A DNA stretch of 63,848 nucleotides, filler included, from an uncultured bacterium (lineage in GTDB: Bacteria; Auribacterota; CAZIXI01), in the NCBI GenBank assembly GCA_964543115.1. It is 5 parts of 5 records of this genome, joined end to end, with 100 filler letters (N's around TTAATTAATTAA, not from the genome) between each part and the next. Parts side by side here need not be neighbours in the genome. Positions count along the whole stretch, not along the records: positions 39,007 to 51,811 come from CAZIXI010000076.1; positions 51,912 to 63,848 come from CAZIXI010000090.1; 3 more parts are not named here. The stretch is one strand, 5' to 3'. Below the pieces are notes generated by a model. That model did no database searches and had not been told where the DNA came from. It saw only the letters and a list, made by a program, of their open reading frames with translations. Positions 49,475 to 59,327 of this stretch are shown piece by piece. The stretch's first letter is position 1; each line of letters starts with the position of its first letter. The translations under genes and the position numbers were made by a program.

Positions 49475-51073
49475 GTGTCTGAAAATCATCTAGTTACTAA
49501 ACCGGCAGCGGTGTTTTCACTCTTTACGATAATCAGCCGCGTTTTTGGCTTGATCAGGGATATGTTGGCGGCGGCTATTTTCGGGGCGGGGATGATCTGG
49601 GACGCGTTTGTGGTGGCCTTCACTATTCCTAATCTTTTGCGTCGTATTCTGGGTGAAGGGGCGCTGGGTTCTTCTTTTGTGCCGGTGTTTAGTGAGTACC
49701 GGCACAAACAGGGTGAAGCTGCCGGTTGGCGGATTGCCAATATTGTTGTTACTTTGCTCTTTATCATTTCTGTGCTGTTGACGGTTTCTGTCATTGTTAT
49801 GCTGGCCCTGCTTAAAAGTTTTCTTCCTTTAGATGAGCGGGTGGCCCTGGTGCTTACCTTATGTCAGTATATGTTTCCCTACATGATTTTTGTTTGTATG
49901 GTGGGATTGTTTATGGGGTTGTTGAGCGCGTTTCATCATCTGGCAATACCGGCTCTGGCACCGGCGTTATTTAATATTGTGTTAATCATTGCCATGAGTG
50001 TATTAATGTCCCTGCAGCAGGTCTCCGCGGAAAGCAAAGTGCGTATACTGGCGCTGGCTGTGGTGGGGGGGGGATTCTGTTCATGGTTGATTCATTTGCC
50101 GATACTGCGGGCCATGGGGATGCGGTATCGTTTCCTTATCGATTGGCATCATCCGGCAATAAAAAAGATTTTTTCTCTGATGCTGCCGATGATTGTCGGG
50201 TTTGGTGTTATCCAGATTAATGTTATTGTGGACCGTCTGCTGGCGCTCTGGTTGGGGCCGGGTGCGGCATCTAAACTATATTTCGGTAATCGCCTGATGC
50301 AGCTGCCGCTGGGAGTATTCGGGGCGGCGCTGGCCATAGCTGTTTTGGGCTTAATGTCAAAACAGGCGGCCCGTAAAGATATAGAGGCGTTAAAAAGAAC
50401 TTTAAGTTATGGGCTCCGGCTGGTTTTTTATCTGGGGTTGCCGGCCGGTGTATTATTAATGATTATGGGAGTGCCCATCGTCCGGGTACTTTTTCAACAT
50501 AAGGCCTTTACCGCGGCGGCAACTGCGGGAACGGCGCGGGTGTTGTTTTATTACAGTCTGGGGATGTTTGCCTATATGGGGGTGAAGGTGGTGACGCAGG
50601 GATTTTACGCGCTGCAGGACAGCCGCACGCCGGTAAAAGTCGCCGGATTGATGGTTGGTCTGAATTTGGTGCTTAATCTTATTCTAATGATTCCTTTGAA
50701 GGAAGGCGGCCTGGCCCTGGCCACGGCGATCTGTGCCGTAGTGAATATGATAATTCTTATTTGGTTCCTGGCCAGAAAGCTTGACTGGGATTGGCGGCAG
50801 GCGCTGGGAGTTTCGCTTAGGCGTAGTTTACTGACTACGGTGTTGATGGGATTTATCTGCTGGCTGCTGGCCGGGCATTTTGTCTGGTTAATGGAACGCG
50901 GGTTACTCTTGCGGATTGTTTATCTGTTGGGAGCATTATTCATTAGTGTACTTGTATATGTATGGGGTTCGCTGGTTATGGGTGCGGAGGAGCCGCGGGA
51001 GATAATGGCTGCATTTGTTAAGGTAAAGGATGAAAAAAGAGATAAAGAAGAAACTGGAAAAGTTACCGAATAA
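49475..51073 (+). CDS. murJ: Lipid II flippase MurJ
   Basis: SRVFGLIRD, AF.IPNLLRR..GEGAL, RLMQLPLGVFG, FYALQD.RTP. Confidence 0.95.
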   Translation: MSENHLVTKPAAVFSLFTIISRVFGLIRDMLAAAIFGAGMIWDAFVVAFTIPNLLRRILGEGALGSSFVPVFSEYRHKQGEAAGWRIANIVVTLLFIISVLLTVSVIVMLALLKSFLPLDERVALVLTLCQYMFPYMIFVCMVGLFMGLLSAFHHLAIPALAPALFNIVLIIAMSVLMSLQQVSAESKVRILALAVVGGGFCSWLIHLPILRAMGMRYRFLIDWHHPAIKKIFSLMLPMIVGFGVIQINVIVDRLLALWLGPGAASKLYFGNRLMQLPLGVFGAALAIAVLGLMSKQAARKDIEALKRTLSYGLRLVFYLGLPAGVLLMIMGVPIVRVLFQHKAFTAAATAGTARVLFYYSLGMFAYMGVKVVTQGFYALQDSRTPVKVAGLMVGLNLVLNLILMIPLKEGGLALATAICAVVNMIILIWFLARKLDWDWRQALGVSLRRSLLTTVLMGFICWLLAGHFVWLMERGLLLRIVYLLGALFISVLVYVWGSLVMGAEEPREIMAAFVKVKDEKRDKEETGKVTE

Positions 51074-51811
51074 ACCGGGCGTGTATATTTTCCGCGGCCG
51101 GGACGGTGCGGCGCTTTATATCGGCAAGGCGGGATCATTACGCAAACGGGTAAGCAGTTATTTTTCCAAAGGAACTCCGGCCAGGCGGATTGCCTTGATG
51201 GTGGGGCAGGTGGCGGAGATAGATTTTATTCAGTTAAAATCTGAGGCGGAGGCTTTGTTGCTGGAAGACAGGTTAATAAAAGAGTATCAGCCCCGCTATA
51301 ATGTGGATTTGAAGGATGATAAGCGTTATCCGCTGCTAAAGATTACAATAAATGAACCGTGGCCGCGGTTAGAGATTGTCAGGTTGCGCAAGGACGATGG
51401 CGCGCGTTATTTTGGTCCGTATACCGATGCCCGGGCCCTGCGGCGGGTGTTTAAGTTTTTACAGAAAACATTTAAACTGCGTTCCTGTAAGCCGAGAATG
51501 CCTAAGCCCGCGGATAATAAGCATTGTCTCTATTTTCATCTGGGGGAGTGTCTGGCCCCTTGTGTCAGAAGTGTCTCACCGACAGAATATCAGGAAGTTA
51601 TCCAGCAGATTATGCTTTTGCTGGAGGGCCGGGCGGAGGAACTGCGAAAAAGGTTACGCAGCCGGATGCGGAATGCCTCCCGGCACCTTAATTATGAGCG
51701 GGCGGGTAAGTTACGCGATGTGATTGCTGATCTGGAAACGATAATTGGTACTCGGGTACGGCAGGAGGTGTTGCGGGGAATGGTTTATACCCCGGCCCGG
51801 GTTAAGGGTGA
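51030..51811 (+). CDS. uvrC: Excinuclease ABC subunit C, 3' truncated by the gap
   Basis: PGVYIF...YIGKA..LRKRVSSYF GIY-YIG domain, PRYN..LKDDKRYP, YFGPY, UVR domain (YERAGKLRD). Confidence 0.9.
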
Positions 51812-51911
51812 NNNNNNNNNNNNNNNNNNNNNNNNNNNNNNNNNNNNNNNNNNNNTTAATTAATTAANNNNNNNNNNNNNNNNNNNNNNNNNNNNNNNNN
51901 NNNNNNNNNNN
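51812..51911. other. Artificial contig linker
   Basis: 44 N + TTAATTAATTAA + 44 N. Confidence 0.98.
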
Positions 51912-52550
51912 AGCGAAATAGAAACTAAAGGGGTATCAGCATTAGGAATTTCTTGTGATGTTCTTGATCTTTCCGATATAGACGCAACCGCTAAAGAAGT
52001 AATTGGTCAGTTCCAAACTATTCATATTCTAATCAATAACGTTGGTGGTGGAGGAAGATGGGGCGAAGAAGATATAGTAAAGACCAAGGATGAAGTCTGG
52101 TCGGAAGTTTATGCTAAAAATGCTTTAGCCGCAGCCCGTTTTATTACCCGTGTCTTGCCCTATATGCAAAAACAAAAATGGGGCCGGGTGGTTACTAATA
52201 GTTCAATTGCCGGTTTAGAAGGGCCGGTGCGTCCTTGGTATGGTATGGCCAAGGCTGCCGAGATTAGTTTGATGAAAAATTTAAGCCTCAAGCCGGAACT
52301 AGCTAGATTCAATATAACTTTTAATACAATTTGTCCGGGGGCAATTATGATTCCCGATACTGGTTGGGATCAAGAACGCAAAAAAGATCCGGGCAAATTT
52401 AATCAGTGGGCTAAGGGCCATTTTCCTATTGGTAGACCGGGAACCCCCGAAGAAGTTGCAAATATAGTGGCCTTTATCTGTTCTGAGGCTGCCAGTCTAC
52501 TTAATGGAGCGACCATTACTATAGATGGATCTGAATCAAAGGGTTATTAA
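51912..52550 (+). CDS. Short-chain dehydrogenase/reductase, 5' truncated
   Basis: Frame open from 51912: CDV...ILINNVGG...SSIAG...YGMAK (YxxxK), ICPG, G.PEEVA. Confidence 0.88.
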   Translation, partial: SEIETKGVSALGISCDVLDLSDIDATAKEVIGQFQTIHILINNVGGGGRWGEEDIVKTKDEVWSEVYAKNALAAARFITRVLPYMQKQKWGRVVTNSSIAGLEGPVRPWYGMAKAAEISLMKNLSLKPELARFNITFNTICPGAIMIPDTGWDQERKKDPGKFNQWAKGHFPIGRPGTPEEVANIVAFICSEAASLLNGATITIDGSESKGY

Positions 52551-53554
52551 TGATTGAAGATAAGATTTTAAAAAGTTTTTCTGCCTCAAATGTTTTGGTG
52601 ACTGGTGGAACCGGTTTAATCGGCCGCCAGGTCGTAGACATTTTAGTTGAGGCTGGGGCTAAGGTAAGAATAGTTTCTTTAGATCAATTAAGGGTTAATG
52701 AAAGAGCAGAGCATATTTTTGGTGATTTAACCGATTTTAGCTTCTGTCGAGAAATTTCTAAAGACATGGAGTTCGTTTTTCATGTTGCTGGAATTGGTGC
52801 ATCAGTTAAGGCTGCTAAAAGCAAAATTGCTAGCCACTTTGTGCCGATGTTGATTATGAATTCTAATATTTTAGAAGCCTGTCGAATAAATAAAGTTAAT
52901 CGAACAGTTTATACCAGCTCAGTAGGAGCCTATAGCCATTCGGAAGTTTTCCGCGAGTCAGAGTATAGCTTAAGCAGTGAGCCAATGGACTTTGCTGGTT
53001 GGGCTAAACGTATGGCTGAGGCTCAAATTTATGCCTATTCGGTTGAGTATGGCTTAGATAACTTTGCAATTGTTCGGCCTTCAAATGTTTATGGTCCAGG
53101 AGACAACTTTAACCCTGAAAACTCTCTGGTGATACCGTCTTTAATTTATCGGATTTATAAGAAAGAAAATCCTTTGATGGTTTGGGGTGATGGCTCAGCA
53201 ATTAGAGATTTTGTTTATAGTCGGGATGTAGCTGAAGGAATCATTTCAGCCTTGTATTATGGAACAAATTCCGGATTTGTGAATTTAGGAAGCGGAAGGC
53301 TTTGTTCAATTAAGGATTTAGTTGAAACTTTAAAATCATTTTTGGACTTTAATTATCAATTCGAGCCTTCAAAGCCCAGAGGGGCTAAAAAAAGAGTTAT
53401 GGATTTAACCAAAGCTCGCCAGATGATTCACTATAATCCGACTACAGAGTTAAAAGAAGGCTTAACTAAGACCTGGGATTGGTTTATTAAGCATCCTGAT
53501 GAGCACAATAAGAAGATGAACTACTTTTGCAAAGAGAGTTTAGTAAGCAATTAG
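52550..53554 (+). CDS. NDP-sugar epimerase/reductase (GDP-fucose synthase-like)
   Basis: VTGGTGLIG, RPSNVYGPGDNF, VWGDGSAIRDFVY. Confidence 0.88.
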   Translation: MIEDKILKSFSASNVLVTGGTGLIGRQVVDILVEAGAKVRIVSLDQLRVNERAEHIFGDLTDFSFCREISKDMEFVFHVAGIGASVKAAKSKIASHFVPMLIMNSNILEACRINKVNRTVYTSSVGAYSHSEVFRESEYSLSSEPMDFAGWAKRMAEAQIYAYSVEYGLDNFAIVRPSNVYGPGDNFNPENSLVIPSLIYRIYKKENPLMVWGDGSAIRDFVYSRDVAEGIISALYYGTNSGFVNLGSGRLCSIKDLVETLKSFLDFNYQFEPSKPRGAKKRVMDLTKARQMIHYNPTTELKEGLTKTWDWFIKHPDEHNKKMNYFCKESLVSN

Positions 53555-53558
53555 AAAG

Positions 53559-55532
53559 ATGAGTACAAAAAGAGTAAATGTTGGTTTAGTTCAAATTGGC
53601 GATAAGTTCGGGGAACAATACTATCTTCCTTACTCAATTGGCACTCTCCAGGCATATGCCCAAAAATACTTAAAAAACAAGGAAGATTTTAGCTTTCTTC
53701 TGCCTATATATAGGAGGCTTAAATCTAAAGAGGCTGTCGGCCAGCTTGGGAAGAGCGATATCGTCTTTTTTAGTGCTTATGTTTGGAATTATTCGATAAG
53801 TCTGCGTATAGCTGAAGCTATTAAGAAATCAAACCAAGATACGATTATTGTCTTCGGTGGTCCGCAAGTTCCTGAGACGGATCAGGCTTTAGAGTATTTT
53901 TTAAGAGAATATCCTTTTGTTGATTTTGCTTGTTATGGAGAAGGAGAGGCTACTTTTTTAAAGACTTTAGAGAGTTTTAATAATAAAGATTGGCAGGCGG
54001 TTCCTTCAATTGGTTTTATTGACGATCAAAATAAGTTTATCAAAACTCACGCCTTAGAGCGAATAAAGAATCTTAACCAAATTCCTTCTTCTTATTTGGA
54101 GGGAGTTTTTAAATCTTTAATTAAGGCTAATCCTAAACAAGAGTGGTCAGCGCTACTTGAGACTAATCGAGGTTGTCCTTATGGCTGTACTTACTGTTAT
54201 TGGGGAAAGCAGGATCGAAATAAGATCTATCAGTTTGATGCCGAAAGAGTTTTTAAAGAGATCGATTGGTTTAGCCGCAATAAAATTAAGTTTGTTTTCT
54301 GTTGTGATGCAAACTTCGGTTTATTTAAGCGGGATTTAGATATCGCCATGAAGGTTTCTGAGAATAAGAATAAGTATGGTTATCCTGAGGCTTTTTCAGT
54401 TCAGAATACTAAGAATTCAACCAGAGATATCTTTAACTTGCAGAAGGTTTTAACTAGCTCCGGCTTACAGCGTGGGGTAAATCTTGCTCTTCAATCAGTA
54501 AATCCTAAGACCTTAGATAGTATTAATCGCAGTAACATCTCAAGTCAGATGTATAAAGAGTTGCAGCAGATATTTGCTAAGGAAAAAATCCCTACCTTTA
54601 GTGATATTATTACCGCCTTGCCTGATGAGAGCTACGATAGCTTTACTGACGGAGTTTCTTCGATAGTTGCCAGTGGTCAGCATAACCGGATTCAGTTTAT
54701 TAACTTGAGTATTTTAGAAAATTCAGAGATGGCTGATAAGAGTTATCAAGAAAAGCATGGTTTAGTAATTAAAGATACAAAGAGTATTGCCCATCATACT
54801 AGTCTAGATAGCACTCAAGACCTCCAAGATATTCAAAGGTTGGTAGTTGCAACTAAAACCTTACCCAAAGAAGATTGGGTTAAGATACGAGTATTTTCCT
54901 GGATGATTTCATTGCTTTATTTTAATAAGCTTTTGCAAATTCCCTTTATTCTTTTAACTAAATTCGTTTCAGTGAATCTAAGAGAGTTGATTGAAGCCTT
55001 TATGAATCAAAAAGATCATTCAAGAATTACAGAAATTCTTAATTTCTTTATTGAAAAAGCAAACGAGATTCAAGCCGGTGGCAATGAATTCGTAGCATCT
55101 CGAGAATGGTTGAATATCTGGTGGCCGGCTGATGAATATATGTTTATTAAGCTTTGTCGGGAGAATTTAGATGAGTTTTATAAACAGTCTGAGCAGTTGT
55201 TGTTTGAGTTTATTAAGCAAAATAGCTTGGATTTTTCACAACAGTTTTTAACTGAAGGCATAAAGTTAAATAAGAGCCTAATCAAGCTGCCTAATTGTAA
55301 TCAGGATTTAGAGATTAACTGTTCTTATAATATCTATGAGCTTTATCAGAGCGCATTAGAAGAGCAGGCGTTGTCCTTAAGAGAAGGAAGCTTTAAATAT
55401 TTGGTTAATAGAAGTAAAGAAAGTTGGTGTAATTTAGAAGATTGGTTGATGGAAGTTGTTTGGTATGGTACAAAACGCGGTGCCTATCTTTATGATTGTA
55501 AGTCTGTCAGCTTAAAGAAGGCAGCAGTTTAA
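53559..55532 (+). CDS. Cobalamin-dependent radical SAM enzyme
   Basis: B12-binding region (SAYVWN...VFGGPQV...GEGE), ETNRGCPYGCTYC, CDANFG. Confidence 0.88.
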   Translation: MSTKRVNVGLVQIGDKFGEQYYLPYSIGTLQAYAQKYLKNKEDFSFLLPIYRRLKSKEAVGQLGKSDIVFFSAYVWNYSISLRIAEAIKKSNQDTIIVFGGPQVPETDQALEYFLREYPFVDFACYGEGEATFLKTLESFNNKDWQAVPSIGFIDDQNKFIKTHALERIKNLNQIPSSYLEGVFKSLIKANPKQEWSALLETNRGCPYGCTYCYWGKQDRNKIYQFDAERVFKEIDWFSRNKIKFVFCCDANFGLFKRDLDIAMKVSENKNKYGYPEAFSVQNTKNSTRDIFNLQKVLTSSGLQRGVNLALQSVNPKTLDSINRSNISSQMYKELQQIFAKEKIPTFSDIITALPDESYDSFTDGVSSIVASGQHNRIQFINLSILENSEMADKSYQEKHGLVIKDTKSIAHHTSLDSTQDLQDIQRLVVATKTLPKEDWVKIRVFSWMISLLYFNKLLQIPFILLTKFVSVNLRELIEAFMNQKDHSRITEILNFFIEKANEIQAGGNEFVASREWLNIWWPADEYMFIKLCRENLDEFYKQSEQLLFEFIKQNSLDFSQQFLTEGIKLNKSLIKLPNCNQDLEINCSYNIYELYQSALEEQALSLREGSFKYLVNRSKESWCNLEDWLMEVVWYGTKRGAYLYDCKSVSLKKAAV

Positions 55533-55537
55533 GAAAT

Positions 55538-56524
55538 ATGAATTTAGCTGGAAAAAATATCTTAGTAACTGGAGCTTGCGGCTTAGTCGGCACAAATGCC
55601 TTGTCAGCCTTAAAAGATATGCCGGGAGTTAAGGTTAGAGCCGTTGATTTTGGCAAAGAGCCTAGCGTGTTTTCTGACAACATCAGTCATCTTGAGGCTG
55701 ATTTAACTGATTTTGATCAATGCAAGAAAGTTGTTGAAGGAGTTGACTATGTTTTGATGTTTGCTATGAAAATTGCCCGCAGAAGCAATAATTATGAGTA
55801 TTTAATAAGTAATTTAAAGATGAACTCTCAGATGTTAGAGGCTTCTTACAGGGGTGGGGTTAAAAAATACCTTTGGTTAAGCAGTAGCGTAGCTTATCCC
55901 GATAAGAATTCACCTTTAACAGAAGAAGAGATGTTTTCAGCTGACCCGGCTGATTGTTATTTCGGGGTTGGTTGGACAACCAGGTATATTGAGACTCTCT
56001 GTCGGATGTATGCAACTAAGGTTAAAAATTCGATGACTACAATTGTGCTTAGACCTACAGCTATCTATGGTGAACACGGTGATTTTAACTTAGAGACTTC
56101 TCATGTTTTGCCAGCTTTAATCAGAAAGGTGGTTGAAAGGCAGAGTCCAATCGAAGTTTGGGGAAAAGGTAAGGTAGAAAGAGACTTTGTTTATGTTGGT
56201 GATGTAGTTAGAGCTTGTTTTTTAGCGGTTGAGAAGCTAGACAAGTTTACTGAACTTAATATTAGCTTGGGTAAGTCTTGTTCTACTCGAGAGTTACTTG
56301 ATTCAATTTTAAAGATCGATGGATTTAGTGATGCTGAAGTAGTTTTTGATGAAGCTAAAGGCGGGAGTCTTCATTCAATCTTTGTTGATAGCACTAAAGC
56401 TAAAGAACTTTTAGGTTGGGAGCCGAAAATAGCTTTAGAAGAAGGTTTAAAGAAGACAATAGACTGGTTTAAGAAAGAATATAGCAAAGATAACTTAACT
56501 CAAGACAGTATAAAAGATGTTTAA
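55538..56524 (+). CDS. NDP-sugar epimerase/reductase (GDP-fucose synthase-like)
   Basis: VTGACGLVG, RPTAIYGEHGDF..SHVLPALIRK, VWG.G...RDFVY. Confidence 0.88.
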   Translation: MNLAGKNILVTGACGLVGTNALSALKDMPGVKVRAVDFGKEPSVFSDNISHLEADLTDFDQCKKVVEGVDYVLMFAMKIARRSNNYEYLISNLKMNSQMLEASYRGGVKKYLWLSSSVAYPDKNSPLTEEEMFSADPADCYFGVGWTTRYIETLCRMYATKVKNSMTTIVLRPTAIYGEHGDFNLETSHVLPALIRKVVERQSPIEVWGKGKVERDFVYVGDVVRACFLAVEKLDKFTELNISLGKSCSTRELLDSILKIDGFSDAEVVFDEAKGGSLHSIFVDSTKAKELLGWEPKIALEEGLKKTIDWFKKEYSKDNLTQDSIKDV

Positions 56525-57827
56525 AGTAGGAATAGTTATACCGAGTTGGCATTACTGGGTTAATCCTTGCAGGATTCAACCTCTATATGAGATGTACTTT
56601 GCTACCTTGATTGAGTCTCGGTTTGCAAAGAGTGAAGTTGAGGTTGATATTGTTGATACCCGAGGGTTACGCCGCGATCAGCAGATTTATCATATTTCCG
56701 AACGTGATCTTTACCTTTACTGGATAGCTAAGACTGGGGACTACTCAAGGATTGTTGAGTTGGCCAAAGAGATAAAAGTTAAATATCCTAACAGTAAGCA
56801 CGCTGCCGGAGGAACTCATGTTGATATTTTCGGTGAGAAGTGTTCGAAGGACTTTGATGCAATAGTTGTTGGTCCGGGGGAAGAGTCATTTACTGAAATT
56901 ATTAAGGATGTCAGAGGCGGAAAGCTTAATAAGGTATATAAAACAGAGTATAAAGATGTCCATTACAAGGATTACCCATATATTAAGAGGTATTTTATGC
57001 CTGAGACAGCAGCAGTTAATAATTTACTGTTTGAAAAGTACGGGCCAAATATCAGAAGCACCTGTGTTCTTTTTTCCCGTGGCTGCAGTTTTAGGTGTAA
57101 ATACTGTGTTTATAATGTTCCTGCTCAAGTTCAGATGAGAACACCCGAATCAATAACTGAAGAAATAGAATATCTAAAGAAAGAGTACAGAGTTGAAGCG
57201 ATTAACTTAAAAGATGAGATCTGTGTTCCGGTAAATAGAGATGTAGCTATTCCTTTTATGCAAGCTATCCAGAAAGCTAATGTTATCTGGCGCGGCCAAA
57301 CTACAGTTTTAGGAGTAACTGAGGAGAAAATCGCTTTAGCTAAAGAATCAGGCTGCGTTGAGCTAGCAACCGGAGTTGAAAGCGTATCACAGCAGGTTTT
57401 AGATATTATTGATAAGAAAATTACCGTTGAAGACGTAAGAAATTTCATCAAGCTTTGTAAGAAGTATGAGATTAGAGTGAAGATGTGTTTAGTTTTTGGT
57501 TTACCCGGTGAGCCGCAGAATGTAGTTGAGATGACTAAACAGTTTATTGAGGAGAATAGACCTGATTATGTAAGCTTATCAGGCTTAGATCCTTTGCCTG
57601 GTTCAGATATTTATAATAACTGTCAGGATTACGGAATTAAGAATATAGATACTAATTGGGAAAAGCATGCTCATCTTCTGTATCGGTTCTCTAATCAGGA
57701 AGAGGTGGGACTACCCTTTGAGTACGAAGAAACTAATAAATGGGGCAAAACTTTCTCTCGTGATGAGATTATTGAGAATATCTGTAAAGCCCAAGAGTAT
57801 TTCCGGGAAAGGCAAATGACGTATTAA
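56517..57827 (+). CDS. Cobalamin-dependent radical SAM enzyme (class B methyltransferase-like)
   Basis: AAGGTH...GPGEE, SRGCSFRCKYC, GVESVSQ.VL..I.K, FGLPGE. Confidence 0.85.
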   Translation: MFKVGIVIPSWHYWVNPCRIQPLYEMYFATLIESRFAKSEVEVDIVDTRGLRRDQQIYHISERDLYLYWIAKTGDYSRIVELAKEIKVKYPNSKHAAGGTHVDIFGEKCSKDFDAIVVGPGEESFTEIIKDVRGGKLNKVYKTEYKDVHYKDYPYIKRYFMPETAAVNNLLFEKYGPNIRSTCVLFSRGCSFRCKYCVYNVPAQVQMRTPESITEEIEYLKKEYRVEAINLKDEICVPVNRDVAIPFMQAIQKANVIWRGQTTVLGVTEEKIALAKESGCVELATGVESVSQQVLDIIDKKITVEDVRNFIKLCKKYEIRVKMCLVFGLPGEPQNVVEMTKQFIEENRPDYVSLSGLDPLPGSDIYNNCQDYGIKNIDTNWEKHAHLLYRFSNQEEVGLPFEYEETNKWGKTFSRDEIIENICKAQEYFRERQMTY

Positions 57828-57839
57828 TATGATATCCGT

Positions 57840-57982
57840 AGATGCAAAAACGAATTTTCTTGGGAACGCAAAAATCTCCAGCGCAGATTTTTGCTGGCGT
57901 TTCGGCCAAAAAATCTCTGCCTCCGGCAGAGATACCATGCTTTTTGACCTCAAAGCCTCCCTAGAAAATTGCTTTTGCATCT
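57840..57982. mobile_element. 143-bp MITE-like structured element with imperfect terminal inverted repeats and two internal hairpins
   Basis: Ends AGATGCAAAA(ACG/GC)AATTTTCT(T/A)GGGA. Internal stems GCAAAAATCT/AGATTTTTGC (57868-57894) and ATCTCTGCC/GGCAGAGAT (57913-57933). Confidence 0.55.
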
Positions 57983-58019
57983 TTAGCTATAAAAGAAAAC
58001 AAATAAAAAGAGGTGAAAT

Positions 58020-58706
58020 ATGACTTTTCTATGGAAATGTCCATTTTGTACACATAATGCGACTATCACGGATTCAAACTTTTTTTCATATTCTGCTAGA
58101 TTTTTTGAGAATAATAAATATGGCTATCAAGAACTCAGGGTCGAAGTTATTACTTGCCCTAATCCCAAATGTAAAGAATATACGCTAAAAATGCATGTAC
58201 ATGATTGCACATCAGATCACCTAGGGAATATAATTCCATATAAAAAACCCAAAGAAACTTGGCAACTTATTCCTGCGGCAGAAATAAAAGTTTTCCCTGA
58301 TTATATTCCTGAAGCGATAATTTCAGACTATAAAGAGGCTTGTTTGATACGTGATCTTTCTCCAAAGGCATCAGCTACATTAGCTCGGAGATGTTTGCAA
58401 GGTATGATAAGAAACTTTTGGAAAATAAAAAAACCAAAACTAAAACAAGAAATCGATGAACTCCAAAATAAAATTGATCCTACAACATGGGCTGCTATTG
58501 ATGCAGTACGAAAAATTGGCAATATAGGGGCACACATGGAAGAAGATATCAATTTAATTATTGAAGTCGATCCCAAAGAGGCTAAATTGCTCATTGGTTT
58601 AATCGAAACGTTAATCAAGGATTGGTATATTGCTAAATATGAGAGACAAAAAAGCATGGAGCAACTTGTTTTTTTAGCAGAAGAAAAAGAAAATCAAAAA
58701 GCATAA
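58020..58706 (+). CDS. DUF4145 (HEPN) protein with N-terminal zinc ribbon
   Basis: CPFC...CPNPKC, then DY.EAC...SPKASATLARRCLQGMI, RKIGNIGAH (Rx4-6H-like HEPN motif). Confidence 0.8.
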   Translation: MTFLWKCPFCTHNATITDSNFFSYSARFFENNKYGYQELRVEVITCPNPKCKEYTLKMHVHDCTSDHLGNIIPYKKPKETWQLIPAAEIKVFPDYIPEAIISDYKEACLIRDLSPKASATLARRCLQGMIRNFWKIKKPKLKQEIDELQNKIDPTTWAAIDAVRKIGNIGAHMEEDINLIIEVDPKEAKLLIGLIETLIKDWYIAKYERQKSMEQLVFLAEEKENQKA

Positions 58707-58711
58707 AAATT

Positions 58712-58764
58712 ACCTAACAATTTAACTCAGCGGATACTAACGCGTTAGTAAGTTTGGGTTAAGA
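58712..58764 (+). other. Degenerate attC-like site
   Basis: ACCTAAC (RYYYAAC) just after the stop, CAGCGGA, palindrome TACTAACGCGTTAGTA (58735-58750), GTTAAGA. Short, with imperfect L-box pairing. Confidence 0.3.
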
Positions 58765-58778
58765 AATAGGTGTAAAAA

Positions 58779-59309
58779 ATGAAAAGAAATAGCTATACAA
58801 AATTGGAATGGATTTTATTAATCAGCACCCTCATAGGCACAATAATTCTCTTATTGGAGTATGTTGGAATTAAACCGGATGATAAATGGCCGCTTCATAT
58901 TACAAAAATATTTAAATTTTTCTTTGTAAAAATACCTTTGATATGGGGTATTGTTGTAGTTACAATTGCATCGTTACTATCACATCTCTTATCCAGAAAA
59001 AGATCTGCAATAGCTATCGTAAGACCTAACACTAAAGACAATTTCAGTATGGACAAAACTAAAAAAACATTCCCTGTCCGCCTAGAAAAGATTCGGGAAG
59101 ATATCTTGCTCCATCTAAGTAGGAATGAAGGTCGTGGCATAACTTGGAGCAATATACAAAGATTTTTTTCAGATATTAATGAAACCACTTTAATATATCA
59201 TATAGATGAGCTCAAAAGGGAGCATTACGTAAAATATATTGATTTTCGAGGTTTTTATACGCTTGGACATCCTGGAAGAAAGTATTTAACAAAAAATAAA
59301 TTAATATAA
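58779..59309 (+). CDS. Hypothetical protein, two N-terminal TM helices and a possible C-terminal winged helix
   Basis: Two hydrophobic segments, then ILLHLS...YHIDELK...YV...YTL..PGRKYL pattern. Confidence 0.55.
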   Translation: MKRNSYTKLEWILLISTLIGTIILLLEYVGIKPDDKWPLHITKIFKFFFVKIPLIWGIVVVTIASLLSHLLSRKRSAIAIVRPNTKDNFSMDKTKKTFPVRLEKIREDILLHLSRNEGRGITWSNIQRFFSDINETTLIYHIDELKREHYVKYIDFRGFYTLGHPGRKYLTKNKLI

Positions 59310-59327
59310 ACACCGGATAACTGAACC

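Noticed and set aside
51030..51073. 44-bp murJ/uvrC overlap as a special regulatory feature
   Set aside because: An ordinary short overlap giving MurJ a charged tail, with no further structure.
57829..58023. 64-aa ORF between the radical SAM and DUF4145
   Set aside because: Coincides with the inverted-repeat element and has no protein motif.
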